Below, one piece after another: positions 1 to 10,075 of a stretch of 56,934 nucleotides of DNA; the stretch's first letter is position 1, and the number at the start of each line of letters is the position of its first letter. The notes under the pieces were generated by a model that had not been told where the DNA came from, did not search any database, and saw nothing but the letters and a program-made list of their open reading frames with translations. Source of the stretch: a virus (Duplodnaviria; Caudoviricetes). The DNA lies in IMG/VR virus record IMGVR_UViG_3300046804_003678, positions 1 to 56,934 of that record; one strand, 5' to 3'. Position numbers and translations under genes: made by a program.

Positions 1-37
1 CAATAAATACTAATAAACATATAGGAGAAAATATAAA

Positions 38-397
38 ATGAGTCACTTTGCTAATATTGATGATAATAATGTTGTAACACAAGTAATTGTTGCTGAACAA
101 GATTTCATTAATTCTGGCGCAGTTGGTGATCCTTCTAAATGGATTCAGACTAGCTATAATACATCCGGGGGTCAGCATAAAAACGGAGGAACACCTCTTC
201 GTAAGAACTATGCCGGAATTGGATATTCTTATGATGTATCTCGTGATGCATTTATTCCACCAAAACCATATGATAGTTGGGTTTTAGATGAAGACACTTG
301 CTGGTGGACAGCTCCAACACCTATGCCAACAGATGGCAAGCTGTATCAATGGAATGAACTTGGTATGGTATGGGAAGAAGTAGTGTTGCCTGAGTAA
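38..397 (+). CDS. Conserved T4-like phage tail-region protein (copy 1 of a duplicated gene)
   Basis: 119 aa; SD GGAG upstream; 100/119 aa identical to 12722..13081 by manual alignment. Confidence 0.8.
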   Translation: MSHFANIDDNNVVTQVIVAEQDFINSGAVGDPSKWIQTSYNTSGGQHKNGGTPLRKNYAGIGYSYDVSRDAFIPPKPYDSWVLDEDTCWWTAPTPMPTDGKLYQWNELGMVWEEVVLPE

Positions 398-398
398 C

Positions 399-406
399 TA
401 TAAATA
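399..406 (+). promoter_or_regulatory. T4-type late promoter TATAAATA
   Basis: Exact gp55 consensus about 30 nt upstream of the fibre gene; gp55 is encoded in this window. Confidence 0.8.
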
Positions 407-437
407 TACTAGAAAATCTAGTAATTCAGGTTAAAAA

Positions 438-1814
438 ATGGCAATTAACTTTCCAAGCAATCCAGCAAATAATGACGTTTATAGTTTTAATGGCAAAACC
501 TGGTATTGGGCAAATAATAATGGTGTTTGGCTAGTTAATACATATGGCCAGTCTGCAACATTGAACGTTATTGTTGCTAATAATATTACATCAAATTTTA
601 TCAATCTAGATTTAGGTTATATTACGGTAGGAAATTCTACCGTAAATACCGTCATTGGAAACTCTTATATTACCATAAACGGAAGCAGCGCAGTCTCTAA
701 TAATTATGCTGTCACTTCTTTAGTTTCTAATAATTACTTAATTAACGGATCGATTACTCATAATAGTAATGTTACAATAGCTAATACATTAACATTAGGC
801 AATACTACTGTTTATACTGTATTATCAAACAGCAGCATTAGCGTAGGTAATAGCACAGTTAATGCAGTAATTAATACTACATCTGTTTCTATAAATGGAA
901 ACATTCTTTCGTCTAATGTTTACAATCAAGCTACATATGCATCTAATACGTATTCTACTGCTACGTTTGCTTCTAATGACTATTTTACTTCAGGAACAAT
1001 CTCATTTACTGGAGTAAGAACATTTAACTCCAACGTAGTATTTGGTAATACTCTTATTGCAAATGGAAGTGCTGGTACACAAGGTCAGGTTTTAGCATCA
1101 AATGGTACAGTAGGTTCTCCGTATTGGACAACTATAACTTCATCTGGTGGGGGTTTCAGTAATGGTCAATCTATTGCTGTATCTCTTCTTTCAGTAAACA
1201 CTTCTACGTTTGTTGCTGCTAACCTAAACACTACAAATGCAACTTTTTATGTCCCCTCATATTATAATGCAAACGTAATTATAGCTCCTGGTTCTGTATT
1301 ATCAGCTAATGGTGGTTTTGGATCAGCTGGTCAAGTATTGACATCTAATGGGTCCGTAGGCTCTCCGTACTGGTCAACAGTTTCTGCTGGTGGAGGTAGT
1401 ATTACAGTAACAAACGATACCTCTACAGCATCAAATTTTTATCCTACATTGACTACCGCAACTTCTGGAACAATCAGTGGTATTACAACATCTTCATCTT
1501 ATCTTTATTTTGTACCTTCCACTGGTACTCTTAACTCACAAATATTTAATTCACTTTCTGATATAAACAAAAAAACTAATATAGAAACTATCAATTCATC
1601 AATAGATATAATTAATAAATTGAGAGGTGTTAGTTTTGATTGGAAGGACAATGGTAATCATTCTTATGGTCTGATTGCACAAGAAGTGGAACAAGTAATA
1701 CCTGATATTGTTAGTACTGGACCAGATGGAACAAAAACTCTAAACTATGATGCTTTAATTGGATTCTTAATTGAAGCTATTAAACAATTATCCAATGGTT
1801 ATCTAAAGAGGTAA
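438..1814 (+). CDS. Tail fibre protein with C-terminal intramolecular chaperone (peptidase S74-like)
   Basis: N/S/T-rich; internal repeat GQVLxSNGxVGSPYW twice; C-terminal SDINKKTNI...GLIAQEVEQVIP...LNYDALIGFLIEAIK chaperone signature. Confidence 0.8.
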   Translation: MAINFPSNPANNDVYSFNGKTWYWANNNGVWLVNTYGQSATLNVIVANNITSNFINLDLGYITVGNSTVNTVIGNSYITINGSSAVSNNYAVTSLVSNNYLINGSITHNSNVTIANTLTLGNTTVYTVLSNSSISVGNSTVNAVINTTSVSINGNILSSNVYNQATYASNTYSTATFASNDYFTSGTISFTGVRTFNSNVVFGNTLIANGSAGTQGQVLASNGTVGSPYWTTITSSGGGFSNGQSIAVSLLSVNTSTFVAANLNTTNATFYVPSYYNANVIIAPGSVLSANGGFGSAGQVLTSNGSVGSPYWSTVSAGGGSITVTNDTSTASNFYPTLTTATSGTISGITTSSSYLYFVPSTGTLNSQIFNSLSDINKKTNIETINSSIDIINKLRGVSFDWKDNGNHSYGLIAQEVEQVIPDIVSTGPDGTKTLNYDALIGFLIEAIKQLSNGYLKR

Positions 1815-1820
1815 TACATA

Positions 1821-2963
1821 ATGCCTGGATTTTTGGTTAATAGTGATACACTAGAAAACGAACTGGTACAATGGAGCGAATTGGGTCTTGATAATACATC
1901 AGGTTATCTTTGGGCAACAGGGGGAAATGGACCTCTTGGTGTTCTTGGTAATAATAGCGCCCTACTAAGATCTAGTCCAGTTCAAATAGGTTCTTTGACA
2001 GACTGGATATCCGTAGCAGAAAATTCTAACGTAGTTGCATTGAGAAAAGATGGAACTTTATGGACATGGGGGTCAAATTTTAATGGTGCATCGGGACAAA
2101 ATACAACTACTCCGTCATCAACTTCAAGTCCAGCTCAAGTAGGATCGCTAACCAACTGGGCTAAGGTTTCTGGTGGCCAATATGGTGTAAGGGCAATAAA
2201 AAAAGATGGTACGTTGTGGGTTTGGGGTGATAATGTCAGCGGAGGGTTAGGAGATAGTACTATTATACCTAAAAGTTCTCCAATTCAAATTGGATCTTTA
2301 ACCGACTGGGCTTTTGTTGTAGCATCTAATAGTCAATCAACTGCTGCTATAAAAACTAATGGAACTTTATGGACTTGGGGTTCTAGTTTTTATGGAAATT
2401 TAGGAAATAGTTCTATATTATCTAGATCTTCTCCCGTTCAGGTTGGAGCTCTTACAGATTGGAAAATATTATCTTGTAGTAGTACTAATGTTAGTTCTGT
2501 AAAGGTTAGTGGAACGTTATGGACATGGGGGTTAAATACTAATGGTCAATTAGGAGATGGTACTATCATTCATAGATCATCTCCTGTTCAAGTAGGATCT
2601 TTAACAGATTGGAAATATCCAATAAATATGTCAGTTAGTTCAGGTTGTTTAAAAACTGATGGAACTTTATGGACCTGGGGCTATAATCATAATGGACAGT
2701 TAGGAAGCAGTACCGTAATACATAGATCTTCGCCCGTACAAGTGGGAGCATTAACAAACTGGTCTTCTATAACCAATCAAGATTATGGTATAGCAGCTGT
2801 TAAAACTGATGGTACATTGTGGACTTGGGGTCATAATTTTCAAGGTCGACTTGGTCAAGGAGATCTTGTTCATAGAAGTAGTCCTACACAAGTTGGAGCA
2901 TTAACTACGTGGAAGAAAGTTTTAGGAGCGGGTTCGTTTACTTCCTATGCTCTGTCATATTAA
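1821..2963 (+). CDS. RCC1/BLIP-II-like beta-propeller repeat protein 1
   Basis: About 7 repeats of K.DGTLWTWG.N..GQLG...HRSSPVQVG.LT.W. Confidence 0.85.
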   Translation: MPGFLVNSDTLENELVQWSELGLDNTSGYLWATGGNGPLGVLGNNSALLRSSPVQIGSLTDWISVAENSNVVALRKDGTLWTWGSNFNGASGQNTTTPSSTSSPAQVGSLTNWAKVSGGQYGVRAIKKDGTLWVWGDNVSGGLGDSTIIPKSSPIQIGSLTDWAFVVASNSQSTAAIKTNGTLWTWGSSFYGNLGNSSILSRSSPVQVGALTDWKILSCSSTNVSSVKVSGTLWTWGLNTNGQLGDGTIIHRSSPVQVGSLTDWKYPINMSVSSGCLKTDGTLWTWGYNHNGQLGSSTVIHRSSPVQVGALTNWSSITNQDYGIAAVKTDGTLWTWGHNFQGRLGQGDLVHRSSPTQVGALTTWKKVLGAGSFTSYALSY

Positions 2964-2985
2964 TTAATATAATGAGGTTAATAAA

Positions 2986-3651
2986 ATGTATTATTCTTTG
3001 ATTAGAAACAATAAAATAGAATTAGGACCGCGTATATGGTCATGGTCAGCTTTTTATGATTATCTCATAGAAGAATCTCTTGACACTTCTACATTACCTA
3101 AAACTGCGCCCGACCAACCAATCGTAACGGATGATTGGAAGATATTACCTACAGCTGCACCTACAATGCCAAACAACATGAATGAACCGTTTGAACAGCT
3201 AGCTGGGCCATTTTGGACAATAAATGAAAACGATGTTACAGGATATTACGATGTTGCTCCTGTAGATATTGATGCGATTAAAGGTATACTAAGAGCAAAA
3301 GTAGCAGATAATAGATATAAATTGGAAATAAAAGAATTTAATTATAATTTAAATGGTAACAATGTTACTGTAAACACAAACAGAGAAGTTAGAAATAATT
3401 ATTTTATGAAATATCTTGAACTAGATTCAGACGAAACTATACAATGGAAATTTAATCAAGGTTGGTTTGAAACAAGTAAAAATGATTTTAAAAATATTAA
3501 CATTATGTTAAAAAATCAAATACAAGCTAGTTTTGATTGGGAATTACAAGTTAATCAGCAAATAGATAATTGTACATCGGTTGATCAATTAAAACTAATA
3601 GAAACTAGACATTCTTCTCAAATTCCTTCAGATCCTTTACATGCCAGCTAA
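2986..3651 (+). CDS. Putative tail fibre assembly/adaptor protein (DUF4376-like C-terminus)
   Basis: C-terminal R...WK...F...QASFDWE pattern; lies between fibre-associated genes. Confidence 0.5.
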   Translation: MYYSLIRNNKIELGPRIWSWSAFYDYLIEESLDTSTLPKTAPDQPIVTDDWKILPTAAPTMPNNMNEPFEQLAGPFWTINENDVTGYYDVAPVDIDAIKGILRAKVADNRYKLEIKEFNYNLNGNNVTVNTNREVRNNYFMKYLELDSDETIQWKFNQGWFETSKNDFKNINIMLKNQIQASFDWELQVNQQIDNCTSVDQLKLIETRHSSQIPSDPLHAS

Positions 3652-4831
3652 TACCGTTAATTATCAAGAGTCAGGTGTTGATATTAGTGAAAAATACATA
3701 GGTATTGATGATGCTTGGAGGATTGACCCATCTTATTTTAATAAAGATGGTTCAGATATTTTAGGATATGGTGGATTATGGACTTGGGGATATAACACCA
3801 CTGGAAGTCTTGGCAGCGGAGTTGTAACTCATAGATCTTCTCCTGTTCAAGTTGGATCTACAACAAATTGGAAAAAAATATCTTCTGGGGGTGGTGGTTC
3901 TGCTTATGCTATTAAAATTGATGGTAGTTTGTGGGCATGGGGTGATAACACACAATTCTCCCTAGGAACTGGAAATGCTATACACCGATCTAGTCCTGTG
4001 CAAATAGGTTCGATTACACAATGGAAATCCGTAACACCCGGCGGCGATTTTACATATTTCTTAAGAAACAATCAAACATTGTGGGCATGTGGGTATAATT
4101 TATATGGCCAAATAGGGAACGGTGTTTCTTCTTTTTCTGTGAGAATATCTTCTCCTATACAGGTTGGAGCTCTGACAGATTGGTCCTTTTTAGCTGCAGG
4201 TGGGGGGTCTGGATATGCTATAAAAACAGATGGCACTTTATGGACCTGGGGAGCTAATAATATTGGGCAGCTAGGTCAAGGAGATACTGTTCACAGAAGT
4301 AGTCCTACACAAGTTGGAGCATTAACAGACTGGTCATGGGTTGCAGGTGAAAATAATAGTTCTGCAGGTATTAGAAATGATGGAACGTTGTGGACATGGG
4401 GGGGAAACACTTTTGGTCAATTGGGACAAGGAGATTTTGTTCATAGAAGTAGTCCAACTCAGGTTGGCTCTCTTACTGATTGGTATTCAGTATCCTCTAT
4501 GAGTGTTGGTTATGGTTTTACTAAAACTGATGGTACGCTGTGGACTATAGGTGTTAATAATTATGGTCAAATAGGTGATGGAACTGTCATTCTCAAATCA
4601 TCACCTGTAAAGATAGGAGCTCTGACTAATTGGAGACCTCTAGCTCCTAGTCTAGATGCTCGTACAGCTGGTATCAAAACTGATGGTACTCTGTGGACAT
4701 GGGGGATTAATACTGATGGTTCATTGGGAGACGGAACTGTCATTCACAAATCATCACCTATTCAAGTAGGTTCATTATCTACGTGGAAAAATGTTGGTAT
4801 ATTAGGGGCAGCTATTGGGGCAATTAAATAA
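3641..4831 (+). CDS. RCC1/BLIP-II-like beta-propeller repeat protein 2
   Basis: Same repeat unit as 1821..2963. Confidence 0.85.
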   Translation: MPANTVNYQESGVDISEKYIGIDDAWRIDPSYFNKDGSDILGYGGLWTWGYNTTGSLGSGVVTHRSSPVQVGSTTNWKKISSGGGGSAYAIKIDGSLWAWGDNTQFSLGTGNAIHRSSPVQIGSITQWKSVTPGGDFTYFLRNNQTLWACGYNLYGQIGNGVSSFSVRISSPIQVGALTDWSFLAAGGGSGYAIKTDGTLWTWGANNIGQLGQGDTVHRSSPTQVGALTDWSWVAGENNSSAGIRNDGTLWTWGGNTFGQLGQGDFVHRSSPTQVGSLTDWYSVSSMSVGYGFTKTDGTLWTIGVNNYGQIGDGTVILKSSPVKIGALTNWRPLAPSLDARTAGIKTDGTLWTWGINTDGSLGDGTVIHKSSPIQVGSLSTWKNVGILGAAIGAIK

Positions 4832-6021
4832 TGGCAATAAAATATAATGCCAATTCAATCTTATTTGAAAGTATATTTTTACCTAGATCATATACAAACT
4901 TATATCTACAAAATTATCCATCAGCTTTCAATGCTCAAATGTGGGAATGGGGAGATAATGCATTTGGTCAACTTGGACAAAATAATGTAACACATAGATC
5001 ATCTCCAGTTCAAGTAGGTTCAATAACTGGATGGAAAACGGTATCCTCTAATTTTCATTGTTTGGCTGTTAAATATGATGGAACACTGTGGTCATGGGGA
5101 AGAAATACATGGGGTGAACTAGGAGATAATTCTGTAATACACAGATCATCTCCAGTTCAAATTGGTGCATTAACTAATTGGTCACAAATTACAGCTGTTC
5201 AATCTGGAAGTAGCATAGCTATCAAAACAGATGGTTCACTTTGGGGATGGGGACAAGGTAGCTATGGTCAAATTGGTAATGGTTCAGTCCAGACTTTTTC
5301 TAGTCCGGTTCAAGTAGGTTCACTTACTAACTGGTTATTGCTAGCATCCGGTCAAGATCATATTATTGCTATAAAATCTGATTATTCACTTTGGGCCTGG
5401 GGTCACGGGCGAGATGGAGGATTGGGTGACGGTACAATAGTTAATAAATCAACTCCTGTTCAAATAGGCACACTATATAATTGGTCTAAAATATCAGCTG
5501 GAGGATATAGTTCTGCAGCAATAAAAACAGATGGTACTTTGTGGGCATGGGGACAAAATAACAATGGTCATGTAGGAAATGGAACTGTTATTCCAAGATC
5601 ATCTCCTGTTCAAATTGGTTCGTTGACAAATTGGAGAACTATATCAATAGGAGGAGCTGGAACTTCTGCTATTAAAACCGATGGTACTTTATGGTCGTGG
5701 GGTCCTAATCTAACTGGGCAGCTGGGTGATGGTACTATCATTCATAGATCATCTCCTGTTCAAGTAGGATCTTTAACAAATTGGAAACTATCTTCTGTTA
5801 CAGGACACAATGGAGCCAGCTTACAAAGAGGAACATTTTCAGCTATTAAAACCAATGGTACATTGTGGGTATGGGGACAAAACGGCGTTTATGGTTTATT
5901 GGGTAACAATGATGCAAGTCCTAACACAGATGTATCATCTCCAGTTCAAGTAGGATCACTCAATTACTGGAAAACTTTGCCTTCAAGACAACCAGATTCT
6001 AATCTTATAGCCTTTGCATAA
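4831..6021 (+). CDS. RCC1/BLIP-II-like beta-propeller repeat protein 3
   Basis: Same repeat unit; TAATG overlap with the upstream gene. Confidence 0.85.
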   Translation: MAIKYNANSILFESIFLPRSYTNLYLQNYPSAFNAQMWEWGDNAFGQLGQNNVTHRSSPVQVGSITGWKTVSSNFHCLAVKYDGTLWSWGRNTWGELGDNSVIHRSSPVQIGALTNWSQITAVQSGSSIAIKTDGSLWGWGQGSYGQIGNGSVQTFSSPVQVGSLTNWLLLASGQDHIIAIKSDYSLWAWGHGRDGGLGDGTIVNKSTPVQIGTLYNWSKISAGGYSSAAIKTDGTLWAWGQNNNGHVGNGTVIPRSSPVQIGSLTNWRTISIGGAGTSAIKTDGTLWSWGPNLTGQLGDGTIIHRSSPVQVGSLTNWKLSSVTGHNGASLQRGTFSAIKTNGTLWVWGQNGVYGLLGNNDASPNTDVSSPVQVGSLNYWKTLPSRQPDSNLIAFA

Positions 6022-6024
6022 ATA
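6017..6024 (+). promoter_or_regulatory. Possible late promoter CATAAATA upstream of the methyl/glycosyltransferase operon
   Basis: One mismatch to TATAAATA, at a gene end; AT-rich background lowers confidence. Confidence 0.4.
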
Positions 6025-6086
6025 TTAAGTTGAAATTATTTTTTGCTTAAATTAAAATATGTTATTAATATGTGAAAGGTTTTGTT

Positions 6087-6632
6087 ATGAAAATTAACAT
6101 TGGTGCTGGCTATAAAAAATTTGATGGGTTTGTAAACGTAGACAATGACCCAAACTGCGATCCAGATTATATTGTAAATTTGGAAACAGATAAACTTCCT
6201 TTTGAAGATAATTCAGTAGAAAAGGTTATCGCTCATCATATTTTAGAGCATATCGGTGATGGATATTTGAATCTAATTAAAGAATTGTATCGAGTATGTA
6301 AACATGGAGCAATTATAGATGTTAGGGTTCCATACCATCACCACGAAGTATTTTATAATGATCCTACTCACAAGAGACCTATCACAATTGAAGGTCTTAG
6401 AATGTTTTCTAAAAAATTTAATCAAAGAGATATAGATATAGGGTCTGCAACATCTACATTAGGTATTATGTTAGATGTAGATTTTGAAATAATTAATTAT
6501 GACTATGTGCACGATAGTTTTTATGATGAGATTATTCCTAAAAATACTCCAGAACAAAATGCAAGGTTGTTAAGAGAAGCGCTTAACACAACAATAGAAG
6601 CTCATGCAGTTTTAACTGTTGTAAAGGAATAA
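6087..6632 (+). CDS. Class I SAM-dependent methyltransferase (type 11-like)
   Basis: NIGAG motif I, LPFEDNSV, HILEH, LYRVCKHGA; start placed at the ATG after GAAAGG. Confidence 0.8.
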   Translation: MKINIGAGYKKFDGFVNVDNDPNCDPDYIVNLETDKLPFEDNSVEKVIAHHILEHIGDGYLNLIKELYRVCKHGAIIDVRVPYHHHEVFYNDPTHKRPITIEGLRMFSKKFNQRDIDIGSATSTLGIMLDVDFEIINYDYVHDSFYDEIIPKNTPEQNARLLREALNTTIEAHAVLTVVKE

Positions 6633-6634
6633 AA

Positions 6635-7954
6635 ATGCACCTTTCAGCTGTTGTAAAATTTCTTAAAAATACAGATGAACTACAAACTGCAAAGGTACTA
6701 CTTGATACGTTTGCGAAGTATGCTAATGGTTTGGATCAATATGATGAACTTGCAATGCTCTATCAGGAAATCAAATGTTATGATGTTTCTTTGAAAATGC
6801 TTCACAAATGCATATCTATGGCTAACAATCGAGAAATGTATACAATAAGATCCAATTTGGCAAAGGTTTTAAATCATTCAAACGACCCTCACAAGGCGTT
6901 AGAGTATAGTTTAATGAATTTAGAAATGGATCCAAATAATTACGATACTGTGATGGAAATTTCATTTTCATATTACTTAATGGGAAATAAAGAAAAATCT
7001 TATCAGATTCAAAATGAGCTTCTTGAAAAAGATATAGATGTGTCTCTTAAAAAAAGAATCATGTATAATATGGGAACTTTCCAGATGGAGCGTGGAAAGT
7101 TTAAAGAAGGTATTCGTAATATGATTATGGGAGGTCGAGGTATTGGTATATGGCCTCCTATGAAAAAACCATTTCCAAAATGGGATGGTGTTTCTAATGA
7201 TAAAACATTAGTAATATATGGTGAGGCTGGTATAGGTGATGAATTAATTAATGTCAGATTTTCTAATGAACTTAACAAAAGAAATATCAAACATATATGG
7301 GTAAGTTTAAGAAAAGATCTATCTAAAATTTTTAACGATAATGCAATTAAATCTATACACTCTAGTGTCAACTTAGATCCCACAGAAGAATATTATTTTA
7401 TAGAAGCAATGTCACTTCCAATATATCTTGAGCTAGAAGAACAACAATTGTGGACAGGTGCATATCTTAGACCTAATCAAAATTTTATAGATAAGTGGAA
7501 GAATATTTTACCAAAAGACTTTATTACTTTGCGTTGGAGTGGTAATCCTTATTATGATCAAGATCTCCATAGGTTTGTTGATAGAGATATTCTAGTAGAT
7601 AGATTTGCTAAATTTAATTTACCAATGATATCTCTACAAATTGATAAAAAGAACGAAGATTCAAGATTGTTAGATGTAGATATCAAATCATGGGAAGATA
7701 CGCTAGCTATTCAATATCTTGCAAAATGTAACATAACAAGTTGTACAAGCACTGCACATTCTGCAGCTGCTATGAATGTTAATACAATTATTATTCCTCC
7801 AATTGCAACTTACTATCCCTGGATAACAATGAGAGATAGAATACATTCATATTGGTATGGTGATAAAGCAGTATTGTTTCCTCAAACAGAACACAAGAAC
7901 TGGACAACACCTGTAAATCAAGCAGCAGAGTATTTTGAAAATAATATACTATGA
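6635..7954 (+). CDS. TPR-repeat protein with C-terminal GT-B (GT9/heptosyltransferase-like) domain
   Basis: Helical TPR-like N-half; EAGIGDE, MSLP, WSGNP, SLQ, WEDT and TSTAHSAAAM motifs typical of TPR-GT9 proteins. Confidence 0.7.
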   Translation: MHLSAVVKFLKNTDELQTAKVLLDTFAKYANGLDQYDELAMLYQEIKCYDVSLKMLHKCISMANNREMYTIRSNLAKVLNHSNDPHKALEYSLMNLEMDPNNYDTVMEISFSYYLMGNKEKSYQIQNELLEKDIDVSLKKRIMYNMGTFQMERGKFKEGIRNMIMGGRGIGIWPPMKKPFPKWDGVSNDKTLVIYGEAGIGDELINVRFSNELNKRNIKHIWVSLRKDLSKIFNDNAIKSIHSSVNLDPTEEYYFIEAMSLPIYLELEEQQLWTGAYLRPNQNFIDKWKNILPKDFITLRWSGNPYYDQDLHRFVDRDILVDRFAKFNLPMISLQIDKKNEDSRLLDVDIKSWEDTLAIQYLAKCNITSCTSTAHSAAAMNVNTIIIPPIATYYPWITMRDRIHSYWYGDKAVLFPQTEHKNWTTPVNQAAEYFENNIL

Positions 7955-8721
7955 AAATTGCAGTTGCAGTAAGAACTTGTGGTCAGGTATTCCATTGGTG
8001 GAATGATCCAGATAGAATAGTAAACGTCTCAAAACCATCGTTGGTACTTACCAGTTTAAATAGTCTTTGTAGGACTATAAAAAATAGCAAACATGATATA
8101 ATTCTTAGTATACACGATGATAATTCAGGGGAACAATTCTTATCTAGTTTGGATCAACTTATAAAATTCTACTCTATAGAATATCAATTGATACAAACTG
8201 AACCAAAAGGAAATTGTATATCACAGTATAATTGGCTAAAGCAACAACATTGTGATTATGTATATCTAATGGAAGATGATTACTTGCATACAGAGCATGG
8301 ATTGGATACTATGTTAAATGCGTGTGAATATATGCAGGAATTTGAACCAAATGATTTAGGTGGTTATGCTGTATTTCCTATGAATCACCCACATAGATAT
8401 AGAAAAAACTTTATCTATAGTAGTTATATTTTTATTATTGATAATAGATATTGGAGATCAATTACACATACTTCTGCATCTTTTTTTATTAGTAAAAAAG
8501 ATTTTACTACCTATGATGAGTATATGAGAATCAATGCATACAGCTGGAGTGAAAGAGTAGAAGAAGATAAAGCAATCAATTTATTTTGGAATATGGGTAA
8601 AGTGAGATTGTTGTGCCCTATAAACAGTCTTGCATGGCATATTGCAGATAAGACCCATGAAGATAAAATAAATGATTGGAAGAGTGTGTGGGATCAAAAT
8701 TTTGTAGAGTATAAAATATGA
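7951..8721 (+). CDS. GT-A fold (GT2-like) glycosyltransferase
   Basis: IHDDNS and YLMEDDYLH motifs. Confidence 0.65.
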   Translation: MKIAVAVRTCGQVFHWWNDPDRIVNVSKPSLVLTSLNSLCRTIKNSKHDIILSIHDDNSGEQFLSSLDQLIKFYSIEYQLIQTEPKGNCISQYNWLKQQHCDYVYLMEDDYLHTEHGLDTMLNACEYMQEFEPNDLGGYAVFPMNHPHRYRKNFIYSSYIFIIDNRYWRSITHTSASFFISKKDFTTYDEYMRINAYSWSERVEEDKAINLFWNMGKVRLLCPINSLAWHIADKTHEDKINDWKSVWDQNFVEYKI

Positions 8722-9554
8722 AACACGGAATGACTGCTGCGTATACAATTCTTAAGAATGAAATTAAGTATATAGAGAAGTGGTTATATTATGCAAAGCC
8801 GTTCACATACAGAGTATTATTAGATACTGGTTCTACGGATGGAAGCTGGGAATTTCTGCAAGAGTGTGCTGCAAAAGATGCTGGTCTTATAATAGAACAA
8901 AAAACATTTGATCCTTGGAGATTTGACGTAGCAAGAAAATATAATCTTGCTATGGTTCCAAATAATGTAGTCTGGTGTCTTAGTCCGGATCTTGATGAAT
9001 ATTATTCCATCAATACATTAGACACAATGGAAAAATTAATTTCTGATATACCGGATGTAACTTCAATTACGAGCGATAGATTAGATATTTACTCCAGGAC
9101 AGTAAGGGTAGGCCCACCCAATTTTATGCCAACTAATAAAATTCATCTTAGAGCAGACTATACATGGTCTCAACCAATCTACGAACATCTTGCCTGGATT
9201 CATAAAGATAGATATGAAAAAGAAGTATATTGCGATGATATATATCTTGTGCATGATCAGGACTTTAAAAAACAAGAAAGACCTGAACTTTATATAAAAA
9301 TGTTAAGGGAAGAGTATGAAAAAAATCCAACTAACACTTGGTGTCTTTGGTTCTTAGTTTATCATTTTTATAAGTCTAAAAATCTTGAAGAGTATATACC
9401 AGCTGCATGTAATTATGTAAAATATGATAAAGATAAAAATAGTAAAAATTACAAAGATACGTTAAACGACATTAAAATGTTATATATCAATATGAAAAAT
9501 ATTAAAGAACAACATAAATTATTAATAAAGCAAACTTTGGATGATGTAGAGTGA
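8718..9554 (+). CDS. GT2 family glycosyltransferase with helical C-terminus
   Basis: KNE, LDTGSTDGS, WRFDVAR, DLDE and PIYE motifs. Confidence 0.8.
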   Translation: MKHGMTAAYTILKNEIKYIEKWLYYAKPFTYRVLLDTGSTDGSWEFLQECAAKDAGLIIEQKTFDPWRFDVARKYNLAMVPNNVVWCLSPDLDEYYSINTLDTMEKLISDIPDVTSITSDRLDIYSRTVRVGPPNFMPTNKIHLRADYTWSQPIYEHLAWIHKDRYEKEVYCDDIYLVHDQDFKKQERPELYIKMLREEYEKNPTNTWCLWFLVYHFYKSKNLEEYIPAACNYVKYDKDKNSKNYKDTLNDIKMLYINMKNIKEQHKLLIKQTLDDVE

Positions 9555-10075
9555 AAAAGAATTTTAAAGTAGATAAGACAGTTTTAAGTTATATCTATGC
9601 TAAGAATTTTTGGCAAGAAGGGGATGCAGATAAATTTAAAACTGTAATCTCAAATTTAAAATTTGTTCCCAAACAATACGGCTATGAAATTGATAATTTT
9701 AATATGACCGATCCTGAACTTGATATGGTCTTTAGTGAAATGCTGGGTGATTGGATTGAGATGAAGGAAAACAAATCAGGCATCTTTAGAATACCATACC
9801 AAGGAATTCATTTTGAAGACTTCAATAGTTTAAATGAATGGAGATTTGTAGTTGCCTTAGAAGATAATCAATTCACAATTTTTAATCATAAGTCCGGTGT
9901 GACGGACGCAAGACAAGGACATAACTTTGACTATAAGAATACATTAGAGTGGACTGTAGATTCTATAGTAAACATTAAGAAAAATGATTGTCTATTTTTT
10001 AGACCATGGGTATTCCATTCATTTGAACCAAGACCAATCTACTATTATAAATTAATGGTTATTGAGGAAGATTGA
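9551..10075 (+). CDS. Putative 2OG-Fe(II) oxygenase-like protein (DUF6445-like)
   Basis: IHFE...CLFFRPWVFHS double-stranded beta-helix pattern. Confidence 0.45.
   Translation: MKKNFKVDKTVLSYIYAKNFWQEGDADKFKTVISNLKFVPKQYGYEIDNFNMTDPELDMVFSEMLGDWIEMKENKSGIFRIPYQGIHFEDFNSLNEWRFVVALEDNQFTIFNHKSGVTDARQGHNFDYKNTLEWTVDSIVNIKKNDCLFFRPWVFHSFEPRPIYYYKLMVIEED

Larger units (their letters stand above)
38..440 (+). repeat. Diverged direct repeat, copy 1 (gene + late promoter + leader)
   Basis: Aligns with 12722..13123; 393..422 is identical to 13077..13106 (30 bp). Confidence 0.9.

Noticed and set aside
438-1814. About 18 N-X-S/T sequons suggesting N-glycosylation
   Set aside because: The protein is so N/S/T-rich that a similar count is expected by composition; it needs a shuffle test before any claim
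1821-6021. RCC1 repeats as a diversity-generating retroelement target or CRISPR-like array
   Set aside because: No reverse transcriptase in the window, no adenine-specific TR/VR pair seen, and the repeats are in-frame protein repeats
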